Shown here one piece after another: positions 32,946 through 42,388 of a stretch of 64,000 nucleotides of DNA; within the stretch, counting starts at the first letter, position 1, and every line of letters begins with the position of its first letter. A program made the translations under genes and the position numbers. The notes under the pieces were generated by a model. It was not told the DNA's origin. It worked only from the letters and a program-made list of their open reading frames with translations, and did not search any database. The stretch comes from Candidatus Aenigmatarchaeota archaeon (GTDB lineage Archaea; Aenigmatarchaeota; Aenigmatarchaeia; CG10238-14; SpSt-28): the NCBI GenBank assembly GCA_039000985.1, contig JAWBMD010000003.1:1-64000 (forward strand), given 5' to 3'.

Positions 32946-33007
32946 TACCACCTCTGATAGAAAGATTTTTCTCATTTAATCAATCTGCCCGTCTATCTTC
33001 ATTGGCT
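32946..33007 (-). ncRNA. box C/D sRNA, predicted guide for 16S C1402
   Basis: C AUGAAGA, 12-nt guide UAGACGGGCAGA, D' UUGA, C' AUGAGAA, 12-nt guide, D CAGA; 9-nt match to 16S at 50051-50059. Confidence 0.75.
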
Positions 33008-33622
33008 TTGGCTAACTATATTTTCAATTTCTTTTTTAAATTCATCATAAGGTAAAAAACCACTAATTTCTTTTCCATTAATAAAAAAAGTTGGTGTTCC
33101 TTTAATACCTTTAGATTTACCAAAATTTATGCTATTTCTTATTTCACTATCATAATTGTTTGAGTTCAAGCAATTTTCAAACAAATCAATATTTAGACTT
33201 AACATTTTCGCATAACTTTCAAAAATGCTTTTTGGTATAGACGATGTTGCCCATTCATTTTGCCTTTCAAATAATAAGTCATGCATCTCCAAATACTTAC
33301 CTTGTTCTCCAGCACATTTAGCTGCTTTATGAGCAATAAATGCATTATTATGGAAAGGTAATGGAAAATCTAAGAAATACCATTTAACTAATCCTTTATC
33401 TATAAAGTTCTTTTTTATTAATGGAAAAACTTGTGTAGCAAATTTGGCACAAAATGGACATTGATAATCAGAAAATTCAAAAATCTCTATTTTAGCATTT
33501 TCATTGCCAAATATTTGATTTGGATTAAAGCTAAACTCTTTTTGTTCTTTAGGTAAAAAATAGATAAATAAGAAGCATGCAATTATTGCAGCAAAAGTGG
33601 CTAATATTAAATATTTTTTCAT
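32999..33622 (-). CDS. DsbA-family thioredoxin-fold protein
   Basis: FSDYQCPFC, GTPTFFING, N-terminal anchor. Confidence 0.92.
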   Translation of the reverse strand: MKKYLILATFAAIIACFLFIYFLPKEQKEFSFNPNQIFGNENAKIEIFEFSDYQCPFCAKFATQVFPLIKKNFIDKGLVKWYFLDFPLPFHNNAFIAHKAAKCAGEQGKYLEMHDLLFERQNEWATSSIPKSIFESYAKMLSLNIDLFENCLNSNNYDSEIRNSINFGKSKGIKGTPTFFINGKEISGFLPYDEFKKEIENIVSQSQ

Positions 33623-33633
33623 ATATACTATGT

Positions 33634-33903
33634 ATGGAAATAAAAATAAATAAAAGGGGAGATGGATATGAAATAGAATTTTTAGAAATTTCTAAAACAA
33701 TAATGCGTTTAATAAGCTCAGAACTAAAAAATCTAAAGGAGGTTGAGGAAGCTGTAGTGCTTAAAGTACATCCACTTTATGATAATCCCAAAGTATGGAT
33801 AAAACTAAAAGAAGGTAAACCAAAAGAAGCCTTGAAAAATGCTATTGATAATTTAATTGAAAAGTTAGAGCAAGTAAAAAATTTTCTTATAGAGAGTAAA
33901 TAG
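33634..33903 (+). CDS. rpoL: RNA polymerase subunit L
   Basis: T...L...L...V..A....HPL...P...I pattern; ATG 33634 preferred. Confidence 0.8.
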   Translation: MEIKINKRGDGYEIEFLEISKTIMRLISSELKNLKEVEEAVVLKVHPLYDNPKVWIKLKEGKPKEALKNAIDNLIEKLEQVKNFLIESK

Positions 33904-35611
33904 GTTTTAAACCAATTATAGAAAATAAACTTTCATAAACTTTTTTTAAAGAAGCTAAAAGGTTTAACCTAAAATTTCTTACATCTTCTTCGGCATTCAA
34001 AACTGGGCATTCCTCATAAAACTTGTTGAAAATTGTAGAAATTTTATAAAGATATTCACAAAGCAAATTCAATCTTAAAGTGTTTTTCAACGATGATAAA
34101 AACAATGGATAATTAAGTATTAAAAATAAAAGCTTTTTTTCCAACTTGTTTATTTCTTTTATTTGATAATCTTTTTTAAAGCTTTTTACCTTTTTTAATA
34201 TTTTTGACAATCTAACATATGAATATAAATTGTAAATTGCTGTATTGCCAATTAGTTTTAATGAATTATCAAAATCAAAAACAATCATTTTTTCTGGAGA
34301 TACTTTGAGAAATTCATACTTTATTACATTAACAGCTAATTTTTCAATTTTTTTCTCACTTAGTTTTGGATTAATGCTTTTAATTTTTTGTTTTAGCTTT
34401 TCCAGAATTTCATCAACATTTATAAATATTCCTTTTCTTCCGCTCAAATGCAAAATATCTTCACTTGCTTCTAAATTTAATTGCTTTGCAGTATTTCCAC
34501 TAATAGCAACAACTTCATAAGAATAATGAATATATTTTTTTCCAGAAATTTTTTCTGCAATGTATTTAACTAAGTTTTGCTCATCTTTTTGTCTAACATC
34601 TACAACATTAATTGATATATCAAAACCTTTCAAATTTTTTTCATTCCCATTTATTGAAGTAATAAAAGAGGAATTAAATTTCTCAAATTTAAAATTCTTT
34701 TTTATACAACCAAGTTTCCATAAGGCAAATGCTATATCTTTACCAGCATATAAAGTAGTTCCATCTTTTCTTGTTATTGGAATTTCCTTATTATTAAAAA
34801 TAACATAAATGCAATCTTTAATAGATAATAAATTATTTGCTTTTAATATTTTTAGTGATTCTTCAAATATTTTTGAAGTTAATATATCCCTTTCCCTTAT
34901 TAAAAAATCAAAGCTTATATTAAATTTTTTTAATGTATTTAGTTGTTCTTTTAAAATTTTTTGAATTATTTTTTCGCTAAATTCATAATATTTTTCTAAG
35001 TTTTTAATAATTTCAGTTAGTTTTTCGCTAAGTAAACTATCTTCTTCTATTTTTTTGTGAACAATTGGATATATTTCAGAACAATACAAATCAAACTTTT
35101 TATCTGTATTTAAATTAAAACCTAAATCTTTAAAAGCTAAAATTATTTCTGCAACTTGTTGGCCGGTATCATCTATATAGTTAAAAACTTTAACATATTT
35201 AAAAAAATTTTTTAGTAATCTATAGAGACAATCACCAATTATGCTATTTCTTAAGTGACCTATATGTAAAGCTTTATTTGGATTAACACTAGTATGTTCT
35301 ATAATAACTCTTTTATTTTCTTTTTCAAAAAAAATTTCTTGTTCTAATATATCTTTATAAAAATTTTTAAAATTCAAAAACAAATTAACATAACCATTTT
35401 TTGCTTCTATTTTCTCAAAATAGCTCAAATTTTTTAATTTTTCAGCAATTTCATTTGCAACAACATTTAAATCTCTATTTTCTTCTTTACTAATTTTAAA
35501 TGCTAAAGTTAAGCAATAATCCCAATCATTATCTTCACTTTCTTTAAAAAATGGTTTTATATTTGTGTTTAATGTTTTTTCTATTTCTTCAATTATTTTA
35601 AATATTTTCAC
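33887..35611 (-). CDS. argS: arginyl-tRNA synthetase
   Basis: EHTSVNPNKALHIGHLRN, LSGRKG, FNKFYEECPVL. Confidence 0.95.
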   Translation of the reverse strand: MKIFKIIEEIEKTLNTNIKPFFKESEDNDWDYCLTLAFKISKEENRDLNVVANEIAEKLKNLSYFEKIEAKNGYVNLFLNFKNFYKDILEQEIFFEKENKRVIIEHTSVNPNKALHIGHLRNSIIGDCLYRLLKNFFKYVKVFNYIDDTGQQVAEIILAFKDLGFNLNTDKKFDLYCSEIYPIVHKKIEEDSLLSEKLTEIIKNLEKYYEFSEKIIQKILKEQLNTLKKFNISFDFLIRERDILTSKIFEESLKILKANNLLSIKDCIYVIFNNKEIPITRKDGTTLYAGKDIAFALWKLGCIKKNFKFEKFNSSFITSINGNEKNLKGFDISINVVDVRQKDEQNLVKYIAEKISGKKYIHYSYEVVAISGNTAKQLNLEASEDILHLSGRKGIFINVDEILEKLKQKIKSINPKLSEKKIEKLAVNVIKYEFLKVSPEKMIVFDFDNSLKLIGNTAIYNLYSYVRLSKILKKVKSFKKDYQIKEINKLEKKLLFLILNYPLFLSSLKNTLRLNLLCEYLYKISTIFNKFYEECPVLNAEEDVRNFRLNLLASLKKVYESLFSIIGLKPIYSL

Positions 35612-36327
35612 TTAACTTTAATTAATAAATCTAAATTTTTGAGTGTAGCTTCGTAATCATCAGGGACACCTATATCTGTCCAGAAATCGTTGTAAATATA
35701 AGCTGATAATTCTCCTTCTTCACATAAAATTGGAAAAACTTCTTTTTCTAAAGAAACTTTAGAATTAGGTCTCATATATTCAAAAATTTCATCATTGAAA
35801 ACATATAATCCTGCATTTATATAACCGCTCATTTCTTTTTGTGGCTTTTCTAGAAATCTTGTTATTATATTATCAATATTAAAATCAATTATGCCAAATC
35901 TTTTCGAGTTTTCTATATATTTAACAACTATTGTTCCTATAGTTCCTTTTGATTTATGGAAATTAAGTAAATCAAGCAAATTTAAAGAATAAGAAAAAAT
36001 AACATCACCATTCATAGCAAAAAAAGTTTTACCCAGTTTATCTCTTGCATTTAATATTGCTCCAGCTGTATCTAAAGCTGTTTTTTCTATTGAATACTCT
36101 ATATTAACACCAAAATTACCCCCATCACCAAAATACTTAACTATTGCATCACCCAAATAACCAATAGCTAGAACAATATCATCAAAACCTTTATTTTTAA
36201 AAAACTCTATTGTATGTTGTAAAATTGGTTTTCTACCTAGTGGCAATAATGGCTTTGGGATTATATAGGTTAGAGGTCTCATTCTTGTACCTTCCCCACC
36301 GCATAGAATTAAAACCTTTACTTTCAT
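35608..36327 (-). CDS. NDP-sugar pyrophosphorylase / nucleotidyltransferase
   Basis: GGEGTRMRPLT..PKPLLP, FLEKP, WTDIG. Confidence 0.9.
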   Translation of the reverse strand: MKVKVLILCGGEGTRMRPLTYIIPKPLLPLGRKPILQHTIEFFKNKGFDDIVLAIGYLGDAIVKYFGDGGNFGVNIEYSIEKTALDTAGAILNARDKLGKTFFAMNGDVIFSYSLNLLDLLNFHKSKGTIGTIVVKYIENSKRFGIIDFNIDNIITRFLEKPQKEMSGYINAGLYVFNDEIFEYMRPNSKVSLEKEVFPILCEEGELSAYIYNDFWTDIGVPDDYEATLKNLDLLIKVK

Positions 36328-36371
36328 AAATTTATTAGATGAATGAAAAAATATAAATTATTTTAGGAGTT

Positions 36372-36469
36372 GCCGGTGTAGTTGAGCGGTTAAAACGCCA
36401 CGCTCATATTGAATGAGCTTCGATAAATGAGATACGTGGAGGTCGAGGGTTCGAATCCCTCCACCGGCA
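36372..36469 (+). tRNA. elongator tRNA-Met(CAU) with 25-nt intron 36409-36433
   Basis: CCACG-CTCATA^A-CGTGG; BHB central helix CUCA/UGAG; Ile2 identity not fully excluded. Confidence 0.88.
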
Positions 36470-36471
36470 AA

Positions 36472-36572
36472 GCCCCAGTAGCTCAGTTTGGATAGAGCGG
36501 CGCCCTTCTAATTTAGAAGGTTTGAAAAAAGATGAAAGGCGTAGGTCGCGGGTTCAAATCCCGCCTGGGGCA
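36472..36572 (+). tRNA. tRNA-Arg(UCU) with 26-nt intron 36511-36536
   Basis: GCGCC-CTTCTA^A-GGCGT; A20 in the D loop. Confidence 0.9.
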
Positions 36573-36625
36573 ATAATTTACTAAAAAAAGAAAATTGAAG
36601 TTCTAGAGGTTATGATTATTAAGGT

Positions 36626-36958
36626 TTAGGACGGTTCAATTCCTCGTAACGAACAAGCATCCTGAAAACTACTCTCACTGCAACTAATTTTAAAATTACC
36701 ACTGTCTGGATCTTTATTTGCGCTAATTCCAAATCCATTAAGAATATTTTCCGAACAGTGAAGTCCAGAAATTGTTACTTCTTTATTCCAACCACTTAGC
36801 TTACACTGACCACATGCAGTTGTTACAGCTGCATTACACATCTCTAAATTAGGTCCTGCCTTAACAAATACAGAATATAGAAGATAGCCTACTATGGCAA
36901 GCACTATTATTCCTAATATTAATAAAATTATTTTTTGAACTGCTACACCTTTGGACAT
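36626..36958 (-). CDS. archaeal type IV pilin-like protein
   Basis: MSKG|VAVQKIILLILGIIVLAIV class III signal; Cys-rich head. Confidence 0.7.
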   Translation of the reverse strand: MSKGVAVQKIILLILGIIVLAIVGYLLYSVFVKAGPNLEMCNAAVTTACGQCKLSGWNKEVTISGLHCSENILNGFGISANKDPDSGNFKISCSESSFQDACSLRGIEPS

Positions 36959-36995
36959 AAATTAATATAAAAAACTATTATTTAAATATCAAAAA

Positions 36996-39647
36996 ATGAA
37001 AAAAATAACCTATATAGAAAAAGAGTATGAAAAAGAAGAAATATTAAAAAAATTAGAAAAACCAGTAGCTATTTGGTTCGAAAGCAATTTCAAAGGATTT
37101 ACACCACCTCAAAAAAAGTCAATAATACCGATATTAAACAATAAAAATGTTTTAATAACTTCACCAACTGGTTCTGGAAAAACATTAGCTTGCTTTCTAG
37201 CAATAATAAATAAATTAATAAGGCTTTCACATGAAAACAAGCTAGAGGATTTAGTTTATTGCATATATATAAGCCCATTAAGAGCTTTGGATAGGGATAT
37301 TTATTGGAATTTAATAGACCCGCTTGAAAAAATAGAGGAAATTGCAAAAAAAATTAACTATAATCTAAATAAAAAAATAAGAGTAGCTTTGAGAACTGGA
37401 GATATAAAACCACATGAAAAACAAAAACAATTAAAGGAACCACCCCATATTTTAATAACAACTCCAGAAAGCATTGCAATAATTTTGAATACTATAAAAT
37501 TTAAAGAAAAGTTGAGGGGCGTTAATTATGTTATTGTTGACGAAATTCATGAACTAGCTAATTCAAAAAGAGGAGTTCATTTATCTTTAAGCTTGGAAAG
37601 ATTGGAAAATTTTTGTGGAAGGAAAATTGTTAGAATTGGAGCAGGAGCAACATTAGAACCTTTAGAGCTTGCTGCAAAATTTTTAGTTGGAACAAAAAGA
37701 AGTTGTTATATTGTTGATGCAAGATTTCTCAAAAAAACAAATATAAATGTAACAATTCCATCAACAAAGCTATTATATGAAAACGCTGAAAGCATAAATA
37801 AAAAAATGTATGAGATTTTGGATAGGCTTATTGCAAATAGCAAAACAACGTTAGTTTTCACAAACACAAGAAGTGGTGCAGAAAGAGTTCATTGGCATTT
37901 GAAGCAAATGTTTCCATCAAGATATTTAGATGAATATACTGGGGTGCATCATTCAAGCATAAGTAGAGATATTAGATTTGAAGTAGAGGAAAAATTAAAA
38001 AAAGGTGAACTTAAATGTGTTATTACCTCAACCTCCTTAGAGCTTGGGATAGATATAGGTTATATAGATCTTGTGGTTCAAATTGGTTCTCCAAAAAGTG
38101 TTTCTAGATTAATACAAAGAATTGGAAGAGCAGGTCATGCTTTGTATGAAATTTCTAATGGAACAATTATTTGTTTGGATAGGGATGATTTAGTTGAATG
38201 CTTAGTAATGGTTAAAAAAAGCTATGAATATTGGCTTGATAAATTTCACATACCAAGAAATTGTTTAGATATTCTTTCTCAGCATATAGTCGGAATGGCA
38301 ATTGAGAAAAAATGGAAAATAAAAGAAGCTTTTAATTTAGTAAAAAATGCTTATCCATTTTCAACATTAAAATATAAGGATTTCATTTCTGTTTTAAGAT
38401 ATTTAGCTGGCTATTATCATACTTTAACAGATTACAATATTTATGGAAAAATTTGGTTAGATGAAAATGAAGGAACTTTTGGAAGAAGAGGAAAATACAC
38501 AAGAGTTATTTATGTGCTAAACATAGGCACTATTCCAGATGAAGTAAAAATAAAAGTAAGAACAGTAGATGGAAAATTTGTTGGTTTTATTGAAGAAGGA
38601 TTCTTAGAAAGACTTATGCCAAAAGATATTTTTGTTCTTGGTGGTAAAACTTATGAGTTCGTTAAGTCAAAAAAGAATGTTGCATATGTTTTACCAGCAA
38701 AAGAAAAAAAGCCAACAATACCAAGCTGGTTTAGCGAGCAATTACCACTTAATTTCGATTTAGCTATTCAAATAGGAAAATTTAGAGAAAAAGTTTTTGA
38801 AATGATTGATAAGAAATTTTCTAAAGATAAAATAATTGAATTTTTGGAAAATGAGTATTTTGCAAGCAAGGATGTTGCAAATGAAATTTGTGATTACTTC
38901 ATTATTCAATACAACTTTTTGAAATTTTTAAATGTTAATGAATTTCATTCAGATAAAAACGTTATTGTTGAAAATATTATAAATAAAGAAGAGGAAACAC
39001 AAAACATAGTTTTTCATACTTTATATGGAAGAAGAGTTAATGATGCTTTAAGTAGGGCTTATGCTTATGCATTGTCCAAAAAAATTGGTAAAAGTGTTAA
39101 GGTTTCTATAAATGATAATGGATTTATTTTATCATTTGATTTAGAAAAAGAAAGAAGGGGAATTTTTGGAAAAGAATATAAAATTATTGATAGTAAAGAA
39201 GTTGCTTATCTTGTAAATGAAAATAATTTGGAAGAGCTTTTGGTAAAAAGCTTAATAAATACAGAACTAATAAAAAGAAAATTCAGGCATTGTGCAACAA
39301 GAAGCTTTATGATATTAAAAAACTATAAAGGGCATGAAATTAGTGTTGAAAAGCAACAAATAAATGCAGAAAGATTAATAAGAGCGATAAAAGATATAAA
39401 AGATTTTCCAACATTAAAAGAAACTTATAGAGAAATTTTAGAAGATTTCATGGATATTGAAAAGGCAAAGGAAGTTCTTAGATTTTGTAAATTCATTTTT
39501 GCTTCGCTAGCTGATATTCCATCACCATTTGCACACAATTTATTTGTTTTATCTGAAAGTGATGTTGTTTTAATGGAAGATAGAAGAAAACTTTTATTAG
39601 ATTTGCATAAAAAGATTTTAGAAAGAATAGAAGGAATTAAAACTTAA
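36996..39647 (+). CDS. lhr: Lhr-like SF2 helicase
   Basis: SPTGSGKT, DEIH, SLELGIDIG, QRIGRAGH, PSWFSE. Confidence 0.93.
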   Translation: MKKITYIEKEYEKEEILKKLEKPVAIWFESNFKGFTPPQKKSIIPILNNKNVLITSPTGSGKTLACFLAIINKLIRLSHENKLEDLVYCIYISPLRALDRDIYWNLIDPLEKIEEIAKKINYNLNKKIRVALRTGDIKPHEKQKQLKEPPHILITTPESIAIILNTIKFKEKLRGVNYVIVDEIHELANSKRGVHLSLSLERLENFCGRKIVRIGAGATLEPLELAAKFLVGTKRSCYIVDARFLKKTNINVTIPSTKLLYENAESINKKMYEILDRLIANSKTTLVFTNTRSGAERVHWHLKQMFPSRYLDEYTGVHHSSISRDIRFEVEEKLKKGELKCVITSTSLELGIDIGYIDLVVQIGSPKSVSRLIQRIGRAGHALYEISNGTIICLDRDDLVECLVMVKKSYEYWLDKFHIPRNCLDILSQHIVGMAIEKKWKIKEAFNLVKNAYPFSTLKYKDFISVLRYLAGYYHTLTDYNIYGKIWLDENEGTFGRRGKYTRVIYVLNIGTIPDEVKIKVRTVDGKFVGFIEEGFLERLMPKDIFVLGGKTYEFVKSKKNVAYVLPAKEKKPTIPSWFSEQLPLNFDLAIQIGKFREKVFEMIDKKFSKDKIIEFLENEYFASKDVANEICDYFIIQYNFLKFLNVNEFHSDKNVIVENIINKEEETQNIVFHTLYGRRVNDALSRAYAYALSKKIGKSVKVSINDNGFILSFDLEKERRGIFGKEYKIIDSKEVAYLVNENNLEELLVKSLINTELIKRKFRHCATRSFMILKNYKGHEISVEKQQINAERLIRAIKDIKDFPTLKETYREILEDFMDIEKAKEVLRFCKFIFASLADIPSPFAHNLFVLSESDVVLMEDRRKLLLDLHKKILERIEGIKT

Positions 39648-39664
39648 TTTTCATAAAATAAATT

Positions 39665-40162
39665 ATGGCAGAATGTTTATTTTGTAAAATAGTGAATAAT
39701 GAGGTTAAATCATTTAAATTTTATGAAGATGAAAATTGCGTAGCAATTTTAGATATAATGCCAAGAAGCAGGGGAATGACATTAGTTATACCAAAGCAGC
39801 ATTTAAATGATATAAATGAAAATGAAGAATTATCAAAAAAACTTTTTGAATCTTCTTTGAAAGTAATTTCAATTATAAAAAAAAGTTTAAACCCAATTGA
39901 AATAGTTGTTTCAACTTATCCATCCCAAATAAAACATTTTCATTTAAGAATATATCCATTTTATGAAAACGAAATTCCATTAATTGAGAATCAACCAAAA
40001 AAAGTTGAAGAAAGCGAGTTAGAAGAAGTTTTAAGTTTGTTAAAAAGCAACGTAATTCAAGAAGAAGAAAAGAAAGAGGAGGAGCCAAAGAAAGTTGAAG
40101 AAGTGAAAGAAAGAAGCGAAGAAGAAGTTTATTGGATAAAAAGAAGTATTTCTATTGATTAA
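39665..40162 (+). CDS. HIT family protein
   Basis: CLFCKI, TLVIPKQH, HFHLR (third His replaced). Confidence 0.85.
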   Translation: MAECLFCKIVNNEVKSFKFYEDENCVAILDIMPRSRGMTLVIPKQHLNDINENEELSKKLFESSLKVISIIKKSLNPIEIVVSTYPSQIKHFHLRIYPFYENEIPLIENQPKKVEESELEEVLSLLKSNVIQEEEKKEEEPKKVEEVKERSEEEVYWIKRSISID

Positions 40163-41301
40163 AAAAGTTTTAATGGAAAACCAAATTTACTTGTTAAGTA
40201 TAAATTATATAAAAGAATGAAAAAAAGTAATAAAGAAATGTAGTTTGAAATTCTTTTAGCTTTTTTACTACCAAAATATTTTTTCAATATTTCTTCAAAG
40301 ATTAATCCACCATCCAACGGCTTTATTGGTAATGAATTTGCTATTGAAATACCAAGCGTTGCAGTTGCTAAAAATATTAAATATTTACTTTCCCAACCTA
40401 ATGGAAATGTAAAACCAAAAAAATTATATTCAAATTTTTGAGTTATATTTATTACTCCTAAAAATCCTCTATCTTTTAAATCTTTGTGCTCAGCAAGCTT
40501 AACAATAAATTTTCCTTTTGTTGTTTCTATTTCAAGTGTTTGATTTGGTTTTGTTTTATTTAAAAATTTTATTAGAGAAATTAAATCTTTCACTTCTGTA
40601 TTATTAATTTTTAATATGCTTCCAGCTAATTTTGATTCATAAGCTGGAGAATTTTCTATGACATCATAATCTATTCCAGCAGCAACTATAAATCTACTCA
40701 AAATAAACAATATTAAAAGAATTATTAAAAAAGTGAGAAAATTTGAAAATGAACCAGCAGAAAGTATAAATAATTTTTCTTTTGTTTCTATTCTTTTGAA
40801 TTTTTTATTATCTGGATCTACAAAAGCACCTATTGGTAGCAAAAAAAGAAAAATTAAACCATAGGATTTTACTTTCACTTTAGAATACAAAGAGTAAATA
40901 GCATGAGAAAATTCATGTGGAATTAATAATATTGGTAATATTGTTAGCCATGCAAATATTGGGACTGAAATAACCGGACCTGGAATTTGATAACCACCAG
41001 CAGTTGGAAGAACTATTGCAAAACAAGCTTGTGAATGAATAGCACAATTAACTATATAATAAGTTCCAAAAATACTTAAAGCAAAAGTTAAACATAAAGA
41101 AGCAAAACCTAAAGCACTTAAAATTTTTCTATTTTTATTAACAAACTCTTTGACTTTTTTGCCAAATCCTTTATACCTTAAAATAACTATTCCGTACTTA
41201 AACTCAACTCTATTTTTTCTTTTTTCTAAAAGAATAAATAAAAAAACTAAGGAAAAAAAAGCTATTAAGCTAATAATTTCTATCTCAATCCAAGTAATCA
41301 T
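40159..41301 (-). CDS. site-2 protease (M50) with PDZ-like region
   Basis: HEFSH, GAFVDPD, NSLPIKPLDGG. Confidence 0.9.
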   Translation of the reverse strand: MITWIEIEIISLIAFFSLVFLFILLEKRKNRVEFKYGIVILRYKGFGKKVKEFVNKNRKILSALGFASLCLTFALSIFGTYYIVNCAIHSQACFAIVLPTAGGYQIPGPVISVPIFAWLTILPILLIPHEFSHAIYSLYSKVKVKSYGLIFLFLLPIGAFVDPDNKKFKRIETKEKLFILSAGSFSNFLTFLIILLILFILSRFIVAAGIDYDVIENSPAYESKLAGSILKINNTEVKDLISLIKFLNKTKPNQTLEIETTKGKFIVKLAEHKDLKDRGFLGVINITQKFEYNFFGFTFPLGWESKYLIFLATATLGISIANSLPIKPLDGGLIFEEILKKYFGSKKAKRISNYISLLLFFILLYNLYLTSKFGFPLKLF

Positions 41302-42388
41302 TATTTTTTATTTTTTCTGGCAAATATTTTTCGCTTATGAAGGTTATTCCTTTAGAAGCTAATGCTTCTAATTCCGCTTTTGCACCAAATTTTTTCATTA
41401 AGTCAAACTGCTTTTGCCATTTTTTGTTTTCTTTAAACCATTCATAATTCCTAACTTGCTCCAATCTTTTTTCATCAACATCTTTAAATTTAATCAAATG
41501 CTTTTTTAATCCATAATTTTCTATATCTTCGCCAGTTAAACCTAAAAATTTTGCTGAAGGGACAGCCAATCTATCACTAATATGAGCAAGAGCAATTGAG
41601 CCAAATTTTATAACAGAATAAATATAAATTCCCCACGGATCAAAATCTGTTAAAACATAAATTGGTAAATCATGCTCATAATGAAGTCTTTGTAACAATC
41701 TTCTTATTCCTCTAGTAGCTTGTCCTTGAGATGCAACTATTATACAATTAAGCTTTTCCCAAACTTTATCTTCATGTAATCTTTCCCATACAGCTGATTT
41801 TTCAACATAAATAACAAACTTTGCTTTTACTTTTACAAACTCTATATCCTCAACATTACTAGGAACACTCCAGCCACCAGAACCCAATTTAGACCAATCT
41901 ATTAAATCACCCCTATCTCTTATAACAACTTCTCCAGCAACAGCTCCAAGCTTGTTAGCATTTATATGCAATTGCTCTCTTAAAGCACCTGTGATGAGCT
42001 CTAAATCTTCTATAGCTTTATTAGACTCCTCTTGCTCATCTACAGTATTTATTCTCGTTCCTTCAATCGTTCTTTTCAAAACATAAAAAGCTTCTCTTAA
42101 ACTAATATGTTTATTACTTTCTATTAAATTTTTTGAAAGAGAAGTTACACCAATTGTTTGAACAAATTTTCTTATTTGAGCTAAATGAAGGAAATATCTT
42201 TTAGAAATTGCACTCCCCAATATTAACTTTCTTTGTTTTGGATCAAATTTTATATTTCTTAAAGCTCTTATTGGAACTTCTAAATAGGGATTTTGACCTT
42301 TATCCAAATCGCTCCAAACTTTATTACCTATTGAAAACAAGCTTTTTTTAACCTCTTCCTTTGTTTTTGGTTTAATGTATATCTCCAT
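41285..42388 (-). CDS. top6A: DNA topoisomerase VI subunit A
   Basis: SLREAFY, VEK, TDFDPWG, KAELEAL. Confidence 0.96.
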   Translation of the reverse strand: MEIYIKPKTKEEVKKSLFSIGNKVWSDLDKGQNPYLEVPIRALRNIKFDPKQRKLILGSAISKRYFLHLAQIRKFVQTIGVTSLSKNLIESNKHISLREAFYVLKRTIEGTRINTVDEQEESNKAIEDLELITGALREQLHINANKLGAVAGEVVIRDRGDLIDWSKLGSGGWSVPSNVEDIEFVKVKAKFVIYVEKSAVWERLHEDKVWEKLNCIIVASQGQATRGIRRLLQRLHYEHDLPIYVLTDFDPWGIYIYSVIKFGSIALAHISDRLAVPSAKFLGLTGEDIENYGLKKHLIKFKDVDEKRLEQVRNYEWFKENKKWQKQFDLMKKFGAKAELEALASKGITFISEKYLPEKIKNNDYLD

